Assembly (NCBI RefSeq): GCF_009914755.1
Contig: NC_060928.1
Direction: 5' to 3' (one strand)
Source: the human T2T-CHM13v2.0 reference genome, Homo sapiens
Length of the DNA: 64,000 nt
The notes beneath the pieces are model-generated. The model did no database searches and had not been told where the DNA came from. It worked only from the letters and a program-made list of their open reading frames with translations. How positions within the stretch are numbered: the stretch's first letter is position 1; each line of letters begins with the position of its first letter. Position numbers and translations under genes: made by a program. Below are positions 14,215-27,728 of this stretch, piece by piece.

Positions 14215-16070
14215 TTTGATGACAGAAAATATGCTCCCTCTGACAACATATAGAAAAGTCCATGTATTTTTAAATAATGCTTTTCAAAACATCAGAGAGT
14301 TGTGGAAACAATGAGGATTAGGTGGACTAAATTAACAAAGAGAAAATTAAGATTTAGAGATGAGCTGAATATTGTAAGATCCCTCCCACTAAGAGGGCAT
14401 TTGCTAGTTCAGACTGGGGCTGAGAATCTTAGAATCACTCTGAGGGATACTCTTGGGGGAAAATGGAAGAAAGAACCAGCAGAATGTTCATACAGGGCTA
14501 AAGTAATAAAACTAAAAGCCTGAAAAGCCTTGAACAGATTGCTTATTTGCCCCAGAAGATATTTCTGGAAATGTAAGTCTTCAAGGGAGGCTAAAAAGAG
14601 CTAAGGTAAAAACTTGCAAATGGAAAAGATGTATTTCCATCAGACCCTCAGCACTTAGGAAACAACAATAGCACTGAGCATAACGGGCCCGAAGGTAAAA
14701 TATGCAAAAGATGAAAGCTCTAAAAAGGGAATAGTGAAATAATACTGATGATATACAGCCAGTTTACTGATTACAGAGCTGGCTAGAATCTGGGAAAACA
14801 GGCTTGCCCTCTGGCAGATGCTTATTTTGAGTTACAAAGAAACCAGTACAGACTTTATAGCTCATTCAGGGTTGAAGTGACAGATAGATAATGAAGCCAT
14901 CTCAAAAACACAGCTAGTCCCTCCTCAAATTTAGTACTAAATTTTGAATCTACAAGGGAAAAATAAGTTAAAGAGCTTTGCTGATAATACTCTGAAGAGT
15001 TTAAATGAATTTTCCTGTTTTCAGGGTTATATAAAGGAAGACTTAATAGGGTTTCAACTGAAATCTCTAGAGGGCCACCTTCTAGTAAAAGGGATAAATT
15101 GGAGGCAGGCTCTATCTTGCTAAACTGGTAATCCAACACAGGCCCAGGTCCACACCAGGCAAAACAAATATGGTCAGTCACCTAGCCATGTTTCAAATAC
15201 AGGCAATAACGGATGCTTTCTGAAGAATGGTAATTTCATTTATACAAATATCCAATACATAATAAAAAATGTAGACATATGAAGCAGCAATAAAATGAGA
15301 CCAACATTTAAGATATTGTTCAAGAAGAGAAGTATGTTACAGAAATAAACCCTGAGATAATCCAGGATTTAGAGTTATTCAAGTGAGAATTTTAAATAAC
15401 TATGTTTAAGACAATACAGGAAAGGATAAAAAACTAGGTATAAATGTTTTTTTTCCACACATTGCAAATTTTATTAAAGATATATGGAAATAAAGATGTA
15501 TTAAAAAGAATCAAACATTCTAAAACTAAAAATAACAATATTTGAAATTAAAAAAATTAATAAATGGATTATTGACATAGTAGGTATAGTGGTACCAAGT
15601 AAAAGTGAAATGGATAAAACGTCAATAAAAATGTCTAAATTAAAGCACAGACATGAAAAAGAATGAAAAATAATCAAAGAATATAAGACATGTGAGACAC
15701 TCTCTAAAATGAGCTAAGTAAACACATTAAGTACACAGAATAAAATAATAAAAATTAAAACAGATACCAACAAAAAAGAATAAATATACAATGATGAAAT
15801 CTATAAACTAGTCAGAGAGAGGAAGAGAAAGACAGAGATTCTCAGGAAAAAAGATGAGAACATCAATAGAAATCTTACAGAAACTGAGAAAAATGAGGTA
15901 TTATGAACTTAAAATGAGCAAGTTTAACAAAAATTTAAAAATGGACCAATTCCTTAAAAATCTACAACTAAACAAAGCTGGCAGAATAAGATGTAGAAAA
16001 TCTGACTATTTTCTAATGAAATTGAATCTCTTATTACAAGTGATTCTCATAAAGAAAACACACTTTTAGA
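14215..16070 (+). mobile_element. Ancient L1M 5'/ORF1 and ORF2 remnants
   Basis: A-rich; ORF1-like CAGAAATAAACCCTGAGATAATCCAGGAT..AGAGTTA and ORF2-like AAATGGACCAATTCCTT. Confidence 0.55.
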
Positions 16071-16074
16071 TATT

Positions 16075-16800
16075 TCTTACCAAACTAACTCTTACTGTAG
16101 GATTGATCCAGCAATCACATTAATTACTATTTACTCACAATTTACTTCCACACAGAACGTGCACATGGATGTTTATAAAACTTTTACAAGTCTTATACTT
16201 GCCAAAACTTGAAAGCATCCATGATGTTCTGTAATGGGTTAATGGATAATTAGTGGTACATCCAGACAATGGAATATTATTGTGTGCTAAAAAGAAATGA
16301 GGTGTCAAGCCAAGAAAAGACATGAAGGAACTTCAAATGCACATTACTAAGTGAAAGAAGGAAATTTGTAAAAGTTACATACTGTATGATTTCAACTATA
16401 TGACCTTCTGAAAAAGGCAAAACTATGGATACAATAAAAGGATCAGGGGTTGGTTGACAGAGGTTAGTGGGAAATGTGACATAAACAGACACAGAACAGA
16501 AGATTTTTACAGCAGTGAAACTACTCTGTATGACACTACAGTGTTGAATACATGCCTTTATACTTTTGTCCAAACTCATAATATGTACACCCCAAGAGTG
16601 AACCTTAATGTAAAATATGGCCTTTGGATGATGGTGTGTCTCTGTAGGTGTATTGATCGTAAAAAAAAAAAAAAAGTACCACTCTGATGGGGGGATACTG
16701 ATAGTAGGAAAAGTTGTACAGGTGTTTGGGCAGTGGGTATATGGGTATTCTGCTCAATTTTGCTGTGAATTTCAAACTGCACTAAAAATGTAGTTGATTT
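16075..16800 (+). mobile_element. L1MC1/2-like 3' end
   Basis: GGTACATCCAGACAATGGAATATTA, AAAAAGGCAAAACTATGGA, CCAAGAGTGAACCTTAATGTAAA, GTACCACTCTGATGGGGG. Confidence 0.85.
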
Positions 16801-17161
16801 ACTCAGATTGTTTCAGAAATACAAAGGTATTTCTCAGCCTATGCTTTACCACATTAATTGAGAAAAGCAGAAAAATTATATGATTTTTTATAGCTGTAGA
16901 ATAAACTTTCGATAAAATTCAACAACTCCTCATGATTCTAAAATATTTATTTTGTTAACTACAAATACGAGAAAAACTTTGAAACCTGTTAAATACTTTA
17001 TATCAATAAGTTCCAAATATCATATGCAATGATAACAATATTAAATATTTTATATGTTGTCAATTAGACAAAAATGGCCATATTTTCTCATATTGTCTTA
17101 AAAGAGTCTTTCTTTTAAGAACTTTATTTTCTTAAACAAATAGTTGAGAATATTTTTAAAG

Positions 17162-17536
17162 TTTTTTAACTTTTTTTTTAAATTCAAGTTTATATGTGCA
17201 ACTTTATCACATAGGTAAATTTGTGCTGTGGGTTTTATTGTGCAGATTATTTCATCATCCAGGTATTAAGTCTAGCACTCATTAGTTATTTTTCCTGATC
17301 CTCTCCCTCCTCCCACCCTGCACCCTCTGAAAGGCCTCAGTGTGTGTTGTTCCCTTCCATGGGTCCATGTGCTGTCATCATTTAGCTCCCACTTTCAAGT
17401 GAGAACATGTGGTATTTGGTTTTCTGTTCATGTGTTAGTTTGCTAAGGATAATGGCCTCCAGCTGCATCCATGTCCTTGCAAAGGACATGAGACCTTGTT
17501 CTTTTTTTATGGCTGCAAGTATTTTATCATGTATAT
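17162..17536 (-). mobile_element. L1PA13-16-like 3' end
   Basis: CATTAGTTATTTTTCCTGATCCTCTCCCTCCTCCCACCCT, GTGAGAACATGTGGTATTTGGTTTTCTG; T-rich tail on the left. Confidence 0.9.
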
Positions 17537-17539
17537 CAT

Positions 17540-18350
17540 ACTATAGTCTTTATCAGTGTATTGAAATGTGAAACATGAACTAAAGACATAAATACTGGAT
17601 ACATAGTTTACAAATTAGTAGTGTCTTTATAAGCCAGGGACAAACAGTATAATAAGGTTTAAAATATTATTTACAATATCGTTACATATAATAAATACCA
17701 AGGAATAAATCTAAAGTTGTATGAGATCTCCACATTGATGACTATAATGTATCACTGAGAGAAATTAAGCACTAAATACATAGATTGGGAGCCTCAATAT
17801 TTTACAGATGTTGACTTTCTAAATTTTAATATGTAGAATAAATTCAATATAAATCAAAATTTAGTCAATTCAAACTTGGAGAAGAGCATAGCTATGAGCT
17901 ATAAGGATTTAACATAAGCTATAAGGACTTATACTACCTATTTAACCTGAGTTATTAAGACAATTTGGCAGTGGCAAACATTTAAACAAACTGTGAGTAC
18001 TGAAACAGATCCAACTCTCATTTATGACAATGGTTACACTTATGAAAAAATGCATTTTGAACTCTACATATACTATACATACTCACATATACACACTCAT
18101 ACACACACAGCTCAAAAGGATTGCAGATCACAGTGTGAAAATTTTAAGAGGAATACTTTAAAGGGAAATATTGAAGAATATCTTCCTGACTTTAAACATT
18201 TTTTTAAGCAGGAGAGAAAGATACCATAAATGAGAAATTAGTTTATTTGATAGAATAAAATAGAAATTTCTGTTTTTCAAAGTACCATAACAAGAGAGAA
18301 GAGAAACCTTCTAAAGTGTTAAATGTTATTTCAATACAAATATTTATGAA
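17540..18350 (+). mobile_element. Ancient L1 ORF2 remnants
   Basis: GGAATAAATCTAAAG, CTCAATATTTTACAGATG and AATATTGAAGAATATCTTCCTGAC resemble decayed ORF2. Confidence 0.5.
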
Positions 18351-18354
18351 TGTA

Positions 18355-18910
18355 ATCAGAACCAAGATCAATAAACAGAATGTTACCAGTACCCCACAAA
18401 TAACTACTCATATTCATTTCAGACATTATTAAAGCCCCTCGCCATTAAGAATAATACCATTGTGACTTCTAATACCACGTTACTCTTATTTCCTTCATTT
18501 AGGTGGAATAATAGAATATGCATATATTTTGTATTCAGTTTATTTCACTCAACATTTTATTGTAAGACACAATATCATAACTATATAATGTTCATTGTCT
18601 TTGCTATACGGATTTGCATTATATATCACATTGTATTTACTGATTCTACTACATTGTAGACATTTGGATATTCTAGAAATAAGAATATTCTACACTACAT
18701 GTTTTTTGGAGCTGTTATGAACATTGTTGCTATAAATTTTAGTACCTATATTTTGGTGACTATATGAACAAATGTTTGTTGGTTTGATACCTAAGATGAT
18801 AACTTGCTCAAGTATAGAATTTACCTGCTGCTGGTTTGACAGGTAGCTTGTACCAATTTACATTCCTCCAGCAGTGCATGAGATTTCCGGTTGTTCCACA
18901 TCTTCACAAC
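18355..18910 (-). mobile_element. L1ME-type 3' fragment
   Basis: CAGAATGTTACCAGTACCCCA, TGTACCAATTTACATTCCTCCAGCAGTGCATGAGA.TTCC.GTTG. Confidence 0.7.
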
Positions 18911-19639
18911 ACGACCACCACTTTTACAGGCTGTAGAAGAGTTGATGATGTCATCAGATGAAAATTTGTTTATGTTAAGAGTTGATGAAAATGCTCAGAG
19001 ACATGGTTATGGATGCAATAGTTTTTTAGGTTAAATATGGTCAGTTCAGGATAGCACAGATGAAAAATGTGGGTGGTAGACTTCACTAAAAGATAAGAAA
19101 CTGTAGAGAATTTAAGGAATAAAGTTGGTGTAGGAGATGTCTTTACTTTGCACTGTGAGAGATAACTCATGATGGGTTCGCTGCAACAGTTCCTTTGAAA
19201 AGTGTCAGCACCGGGGCTAGAATCAGAGGACATGTCTCACTTCACGTAGTTTGTATGATCTCTAGGTCTTCATCAAACAGGATAAGATTAGTAACAATAA
19301 TGTTGATTTTTTAGACTTATAGTAAGATGTAAAGAAGAAAACTTTGACTATAATAACATCTGGAAGACAATGGAAAGTGCTAAATAAAATGATAATATTC
19401 TCTATAGGCAGTCCAGTGTCCTTCCTTTTTAGTAGCTGTAACAATTGACGATTTGAAAGCTAACAAAAACAGTAATCTGGTTCACTTACTATTAGATTTT
19501 GTTATTTCCCTGGTGCTTCATAGCATCATAAGGGCATGTTTAACCTCTGTTAGTTTATGGGGTAAGCTTTTAGCACTATAATCTCTTAAATTACAGATTT
19601 AAACGAAATCTATAATTTCATTTAAATATTTGTCTTCTC

Positions 19640-19971
19640 CAAGGGGTGGAATGTTTGTGTCCCCTTCAAATCCATATGTTGAAGTCCTGGCCCCATTGTG
19701 ATGGTTTCAAGGAGATTAGGTCTCTAGGAGGATATTAGTGCACTTATAAAGGGACTCTCCAGGGAGCTCTCTGAAATCTTTTACCATCATGTGAGGACAC
19801 AGTTAGAAGATAGCAGTCTGCAACGTTGAAGAGATCATCCAATATAACCTAGCTATGCTGGCACCCTGACTGTGGGACTCGTAGCTTCCAGACCGTGAGA
19901 AAGAAATTTTTGTTGCTTAAAGCCATCCAGTTCACAGTACTTTGTTATAGCAGCACTCACTGTCTAAGACA
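19640..19971 (+). mobile_element. MLT1A-like MaLR solo LTR
   Basis: GAATGTTTGTGTCCCC...ATGTGAGGACACAG...GCTGGCACCCTGA...TTTGTTATAGCAGC...CTAAGACA terminus. Confidence 0.88.
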
Positions 19972-20440
19972 ACTTTTATATAGTTAATGTTAATTATTAT
20001 ATCACTGGGTCTCTGGGTCTCTACTGAATAAAAATTTGTCAATGATTACTAAGCACAAAAATGTCCTCTGCTTTTTATCTCAGGATGACTTCCTTTGGAG
20101 GCACAACTCAAAAAGAGGAACTGTAAAGAATATTCACAAAACAGAACAGAGATATTGCTGAGCAACAATAGCTGTAAAGACAAACAACTGGAATAGGGAT
20201 CAAAGGATATTTCATTCTGAAATTTAGATAGCCATTCACACTAGTGGGTTACCCAACTGCTAGGGAGAGCACTTAAGTGAGAAATTTGGGGCCCATGGAA
20301 ACAAAAGAGAAAACAGTGGCAGTCTTGCTAGTCTGTACAAAGTCAATAGCATGTCAGGCACAAGATCGTTGATCTAATCCCACAGGAATTTTTCCATGGA
20401 ATTGGAGAATTTAAGGTTTAGAATACTTTGTTCCTTGCTA

Positions 20441-21265
20441 TTTCTTTTTAATTTTTTTTAACTTTTATAGATTTATGGTGTAGAAGTGCAGCTGTTACAT
20501 GGATATATTGTGAAGTGGAGAAGTCTGGGCTCTTTGTGTACCCATCACCCAAATAGTAAATATTGTACCCAATAGGAAATTTTCAACAATCACCCCCTTG
20601 CATTCTCCCTTGGAGTCTCCAATGTCTATTATTACACACTATATGTCCACTCATTGTTTAGCTCTCATAAGTGAGAACATGTGGTTTTTGAATTTTTGTT
20701 TCTGGTTTATTTCACTTAATGCAATGGCCTCCACTTCCACCCATGTTGCTGCAAAGGGCATTATTCCATCCTTTTTCATGGTTGCTTAATATTCCATGGC
20801 ATATATACACAACATTTTAATCCACTCATCCATTGATGGACACTTAAATTGATTCCATGACTTGCTATTGTAAATAGTGCTATGATACACATATGAGTTC
20901 AGGTATCTTTTTTTATACAATGATTTCCTTTCCTTTGGGCAGATAAACAGCAGTGGGATTGTTGGATCAAATGGTAGTTCTACTTTTAGTTCTTTGAGAA
21001 ATCTTCATACTGTTTTCCATAGAAGTTGTACTAATTTACATTCCCACCAACAGTGTATAAGGGTCCCCTCTTCTCTGCATCCTACATCTGTTATTTTTTG
21101 ACTTCTTAATAATAGCCATTCTGACTGAGATAGTATCTCACTGCTTTTGGTTTGCATCTCTCTGATGATTAGTGATGTTGACGATTTTTTTCACCTTTGT
21201 CACCCACATGTCTGTCTTTTTTTGAGAAGTGTCTGTTCACGTCCTTTGCCCATATTTTAATGAGA

Positions 21266-21304
<39 letters not shown>

Positions 21305-24300
21305 CATTGACTTCTTTGAGTTTCTTGTAGATTCTGGATATCAGCTCTTTGTCAGATGCTTAGCTTATAAATGTTTTCTCCCTTCTGTAGTTTGTCTGTT
21401 TACTCCACTGATTATTTCTTATGTTGTGCTGAAGCTTCTTAGTTTAACTAAGCCCTCTTTGTCTACTTTTGTTTTTGTTGGGTTTCCTTTTGAGGACCTA
21501 CTTTTAAATTCACTGCCTAGGGCAAAGTGCAGAAGAGTTTTTCCCAGGATTCCTTATAGGATTTTTATAGTTTTAGGTGTTACGTTTAAGTCTTTAACCC
21601 ATCTTGAGTTAATTTTTGTATATGGTGAGATATAGGAGCCCAGTTTCATTTTTCTACTTATGGCCATCTAATTTTAATAGCCCCATTTATTGAATAGTGT
21701 TTACACTATTCAATATACACTAATTCCTTAGTGTATATTTTCTGTCAAATTTGTCAAGGATCAGTTAGTGTATGTGACTTTATTCCTGGATTCTCTGTTC
21801 TGTTCCATTGATCTGTGTGTCTAATTTTATTCCAATATTATGCTTTTTTGGTTACTAAAGCTTTATAGTATAATTTAAAGTGAGATAATGTGATATCTCC
21901 AGCTTTATTATTTTTGCTTAGGATTACTTTGGCTATTTTGGCTATTTTTTTGGTTGCATACAAATTTTAGGATTGTTTTGGTTAATTATGTGAAAAATAA
22001 CACTTGTAATAGCTTTGAGTAGTAAGGTCATTTTAACAATATCGATTCTACCAATCTATGAGCATGAGATGGTTTTCCATTCATGTCATCTACAATTTCT
22101 TTCATAGGACTTTCATACTACTCTTTGTAGAGATCTATCATCTCCTTGGTTAAACATATTACTAGCTATTTCATTTTATATTTTGTTGCTATTATAAATG
22201 GGACTGAGTTCCTGATTTGGTTCTCAATTTGGTCTTTACTGAAGCATAGAAATGCTACTTATTTTTGTACATTGATTTTGTATCCTGAAAATTTACTGAA
22301 GTCATGTGTCAAATCTAGAAGTCTTTTGCAGGTGTATATAGGGTTTTCTAAGTATAAGATGATGTAATCAGTGAACAGAGATAATTTGACTTCCACTTTT
22401 CCCATTTGGATGCTTTTTTATTTCTTCCTTTCTTGCCTGAAGGCTCCAGCTAGGATTTCCAGTACTATGTTGTATATCAGCAAGTAAAGTGGGCAGTTTT
22501 GCCTTGTTCCAGTTCTTAGAGGGAATGCTTTCAACTTCTCTCCTCTCACTTTAATGTTGACCATGTGTTTATCATATATGAGTCTTATTATTTTGAGGTA
22601 TGTTCCTTCCTTGCCTAGTTTGTTTGGGGTATTTATCATGAAGTGATGCTAGATTTTATTGAAAGCTTTTTTTGCATTTATTGAGCTAGTCATAGGGTTT
22701 TTGTTTTTAATTCCATGTGGTGAATCACATTTACTAATTTGCATATGGTGAGTCATCCTTGCACCCTTGGAATAAAACACACTTGATTGTGGTGTATTAT
22801 ATTTTTGATGTGCTTTTAGATTCAGTATGCTAGTTTCATTGAAGATTATGACATTTATTTTCTTCAAGAATATTGGCCAGAAGTTTTCTTTTTTGTTGTG
22901 TCCTCAACTGATTTTCGTATCAGGTTAATACTGGCTTCATCGAGTCAGTCTGGGAGGATTCTTTCCCCCTCAACTTTTTGGAAAAGTTTCAGTAGGATTG
23001 CTATTAGTTCTTTTTTGTATGTGTGGTAAAATTCAACGGTGACTCTGCCTGGGCTTAGGCTACTTTTTTGAAGGAGGTGATTTTTTAAAATTTAATTTTA
23101 CTACTCATTACTGGTCTGTTCAGAATTTCTGTTTCCTCTTGGCTCAATCTTTGGAGGTTGTACTTTTTCAGGAATTTATCCAATTTATCTAGGTTTTCTA
23201 GTTTAAGTGTAAAGATACTTATAGTAGTCTCTAATGATCTTTTTTATCTCTGTAATATCAGTTGTAATGTCACCTTCTAATTTCTTATTGTTCTTATTTC
23301 AATCTTCATTCTTTTTCTTAGTTGATCTAGCTAGTAGTCTGTCCATTTTTTAATATTTTCTAAGAACAAACATCATTTCATTGACATTTTGTATTGTGTG
23401 TGTGGGTTTTTGTTGTTGCTGCTGTTTCCCCCCACCCCCGCTTGGTCTCAATGTCATTTAATTCTGCTCTGATCAAAGTCCCTCTTGCAGTGTATTCCCC
23501 AGGGAGTTTTCTGAACTTATTCTATCTGGATGTCTAAATCTCTAGCAAAAACCAGGGACATTTTCTTCAATTATTTCCCTAAATAAGTTTTGCATACTTG
23601 TTAACTTTTTCTTCATTTCCCTTTAGAATACCTATGATTTATAGGTTTGGATGCTTTACATTTTCCCATATTTCTCACAGGCTTTGTTCATTTTCAAAAA
23701 AGCTTTTTTGTTGTCTGACTCTGTAAATTTAAAAGACTTATCTTGCAGCTCTAAAGTACTTTATTCGGCATGGTCTAGCTTATTGTTAAAATTTTCAACT
23801 GTGTTTTGTAATTACTTCAATAAAAGTTTCATTTCCAGAATTTGTTTTTTAAGTATCTATCTCTTTAGTAAGTCTTTCTTTCATATCCTGAACTGTTTTT
23901 CTGATTTCTTTGGGTTGATTTTAAACTTTCTCTTGGATCTCATTGAGCTTCCTTACAAATCATATTTTGAATTTTTGTAGCTGTCATTTCAAAATTTTCA
24001 TTCTGAATTGGATCCATTGTTAGAGTGCTTATGTGACCCTTTGGAGGTGTCATAATATTCTGTTTTTTAATATTGTCAGAGTTCTTATTCTAATTCCTTC
24101 TCATCAAAAGAGGCTGTCACTTTTTATTTTTGGATTTACTTTCATGCAGGTGGGACATTTTTTTCCCTCTTGCAGGTGTGACTGTAATTTGTGTTGTGTA
24201 TGGTTATTTGGTTTTGATTTTAGGTGCTTTCAGGGAGCTAAGGCTCTATATGAGTTTCTTTGTTATAGATAGCTTTTGTGTGGTAGCTTTCTCAAATGCT

Positions 24301-26268
24301 GGTTGTAGTAGTGATGTACTGGGTGTATGAGCAGATTAATTTCCTTTTTCAGGACTGCAATTTGCAGAGCTTTCAGTAATGTTATCTCATTCTCCAAGGC
24401 TGTGCACTTCCGTCAGCTGGTTTTGTATTGAGTTGTGCAGTTCAACCTCCAGGCCAGTAGATGATGCTTATGAGCAAGAACCAGCTGAATAGAAGCAGAT
24501 GGGTATGTGCTTGATATTTGTTTACTGGGATGTGCTCTTTGTTGCCTCAGGTGATGGACCTGTCTGTAGAATGCCTGGTGTCCTGAGTTCCTTGCTCAAC
24601 ACCAAGGTTGTGGGGATGAGGTGACAATGCTAGGGAGAGTTGCGCTGGAAAGCTCACTCATATATACCCCAGTGATAATCACAGGCACCATCCCTGATGG
24701 GGGTGGTGCAGCTTGCTCGTGGTGACAATCACTAAGTTCTCCACATGTCCAGAAGGAGCTGCACCAGCTGTATGCCTTAGGTAGAGAGAAAAATGATTTG
24801 TTTCCCTATCACACTCCTGTACTGGAGAACTCCTGACTCAGTTCAGCCCAATACTGTTGTCTATCTTCAGTCCATAATTTAGCTGAAATCTAAAAAATGC
24901 CTCTTCAGCTCTCCACTGAATTGGCTTCAGGGTGGAAGATCTTCCCTGGGCTCAAAACAAACAGCTTTGTGACTTGCCTGTTCTCTGATGCAGAAGTGCT
25001 GCTGCTTTGTGTAGACAGGGGAAGGTTGTCTGCCTTTTGGCCTATGTGGATGAATACCAGCTGGGATGGTGTCCGCTGGTTGGGTTGGCCTGACCTCAGA
25101 CCCCATGGAGTGATCAGGTACTAGCGGTATTGGACTGGGCAAGGCAATCCTCAATTCACATGCCCCTAGACAGCCCCCTGAACCGTATGCACAAGTCCTG
25201 GCGGGGAACTAGACTGGGACCAGACCAGTGTAGTTGTCCTCAGTTCCCAGGAGTTTATGTGCTGGCTATGATAGGTTGAAGTGGGCTGCTCTTAGGCTGA
25301 TGGCAGAATAGTCAGGTGGGGGCAGGGTGGTTATGCTGCAGGCCTGCCACCAGGAAGGGCACGCCCCTCTCAGTGGGAGCAGCAGAGGTAGGCGGCCATG
25401 GGGCACATAGTTTACTCATGCCTCTGTCCCACAGCAGTGGCAGAGCTATCTCTACTAAAGTACACAAGAGTTCATGGCCTCCCTGCTCCCTCCCAAGCTC
25501 TGTGGCAGTGGTGGCAGTGGTAGCAACATTGGTGTCAGCCCCAGGGCAGGACACAAGCCTGTGGGGACTGGGCTGTCAGAATGGGATGAGGCTGTAGCTA
25601 AAATGCTCAGTAGGGGGCAGGGTGGCTACATTGCTGGTCTGCCATCGGGGAGGCCAAGCCCCTCTTAGAAGGAGCAGTGGAGGCTGGCAGCTGTGGGGGC
25701 ACATAGTTGCTGATTCCTTCATCTCACAGCAGTGGTGATGGTATCTGTCTTTGAGTGTGCAAAAATGCCTGGCCTTTCCACTCCTTCCCTCGCCCTGAGG
25801 TTTCAGTGGCAGCTTCAGGGCAGAACACAAGACTCTGGGGCCTGGGCTCTTAGAATGGCACTAGGCTGCAGCTGCTCAGGGCTTGAAAACACCTGGGATT
25901 CCATGTGAGTTTGAGCAATGCCTCTACACAATCTCTAGGCACCTTCCTGCGTTAGTCTGGAGGCCCAGGAGGGTTGAGGGACTTTCTCATAGCCAGGATT
26001 ATAATAGTTCCTGGTGGAAGTGTGGAGCCCCAGCGGTCTCTTACCATTTACCACATCAGAGAGCTTCTCCCAGCTTCAAGCCAATCCCAGCCCTGTCTGG
26101 CTTCACTCTCATTTTCTTTTCATGATTCCTTTTGCCTCTCTATTGAATTCCAGTGTTCTCTTTTAGGTGATGTATTCAAAGTGTAAATATTTGCTTACTA
26201 TTTTTATTCCTCTCCATGGAAGAGGTGCCTACTAGCTGCATCTAGTCAGCTGTCTTGAACCACCCTCT
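20441..26268 (-). mobile_element. L1PB-like LINE with 3' end, ORF2, partial ORF1 and a long GC-rich 5' UTR; internal deletion near 23474
   Basis: L1PB3/4-type 3' UTR (TTACATGGATATATTG..GAAGTCTGGGC); colinear antisense ORF2 to ~23474; ORF1 to ~24100; 5' terminus reads GAGGGTGGTTCAAGACAGCTGACTAGATGCAGCTAG on the minus strand. Confidence 0.9.
21268..21299. repeat. (GT)16 microsatellite
   Basis: Read directly, inside the L1. Confidence 0.95.
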
Positions 26269-26309
26269 TTATTCTTTTTTACTATCTCATTTATTTATTT
26301 TTTTAAAAA

Positions 26310-26831
26310 TTGCCCCATTTTTATTTATTTCTTATTTTTTGATTGAATATATTTAAGGTGTAGAACATGATGTTTTTAATATACATATATTAATACATGG
26401 TGATATGATTACTACAGTAAAAAATTAACATATCACCTTATATACTTTTTTCACCATCAAATAGTTACCTCTTTTTTGTAGTAAGAGTACCTACAACCTA
26501 CTGTCTTAGCAAATTTCCAGTATACAACGTAATACTAACTATAGTCCTCATGCTGTACATTAGACCTCTAGACATATTCATCCTACATAACTGCAACTGT
26601 GTACCATTTGACCTACATCTTCTCATCCTTCCCCCATCCCCACTCCTAGGAACAACTGTTCTACTCTCTGTTTCTACGTGTTTGACTTTTCTTAAATTCC
26701 ACTCATAAGTGAGATCATGCAATATTTTTCTTTTTGTTTCTAGCTTATTTTGCTTAGCATAATATCCTCCAAGTACATTCATGTTCACAAAAATGATAGG
26801 ATCTCTTTCTCTTTTTATGGCCGAATAACAT

Positions 26832-26869
<38 letters not shown>

Positions 26870-27301
26870 TCAATTTCTTTATCTGTCTGCTGATAGACTA
26901 TATAGGTTTCTTTCATATTTTAGGTATTGTGAATAATGCTGCAATGAATAGTGTCTCTATGAAGTGCCGATTATAATTTCATTGGGTATATATCCAGAAA
27001 AGAAAATCCTGGGTCATATAATTCTATCTTAATTTTTGAGAAACCTCCATACTGTATTTCATTATAGATCTACCAGTTTACACTCCTGCCAACAGTGTAA
27101 GAGGTTTTCATTATCTCCATACCCTGGCCAATACTTGTTAGCTCTTGTCTTTTTGATAATAACTATCTTAACAGGCATAGAGGTGATATTTCATTGTGAT
27201 TTAGATTTGCATTTCCTTGATAATTAGTGATCTTGAACACCTTTTTATATGCCTGTTGGCAATATTAATGTCTTCCTTGAAAAAAAAGTCTATTCAGGTC
27301 C
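26310..27301 (-). mobile_element. L1MA (L1MA9-like) 3' end
   Basis: CTTAGCAAATTTCCAGTATACAA, CTATAGTCCTCATGCTGTACATTAGA, ATAAGTGAGATCATGCA. Confidence 0.88.
26834..26867. repeat. (GT)17 microsatellite
   Basis: Read directly. Confidence 0.95.
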
Positions 27302-27728
27302 TGCTATGGTTTGAACTTTCTCCCCAAAAATCATGTTTAAGTTTAATGGCCATTGTGATGGTATTAAGAGGTTGGACGATTAACATGTGATTAGATCATG
27401 TGAGCTCTGCCATCATGAATGGGTTAGCACCATTATCTAGGGAATAGGTTAGTTATAGCAGGAATGAGTTTCTGATTAAATGCATAAGTTGAGCCTGCCT
27501 TCCTTCCTCTCTCTCTCTCTCCCCGCACCCCCGTCTTTCTCACTCTCTCTCATGCTCTTTCCTTTATGTCTTCTGTCATAGCATAATGCAGCAAGAATGT
27601 TCTTGCAAGATACAGGCCCTTCAATCTTAGACTCCCAAGCTTCCAGGACTGTAAGCTATAAGTCTCATTTCTTTAAAAATTACTAGTCTCAGGTATTCTG
27701 TTATAGCAGCATAAAATGAACGAAGACA
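27302..27728 (+). mobile_element. MST (MSTD-like) MaLR solo LTR inserted in L1MA
   Basis: TGCTATGGTTTGAA start, GGTATTCTGTTATAGCAGC...AAGACA end; 5-bp TSD GGTCC/GGTCT. Confidence 0.9.

Noticed and set aside
24897-26186. Multiple ORFs on both strands
   Set aside because: They fall within the GC-rich L1 5' UTR
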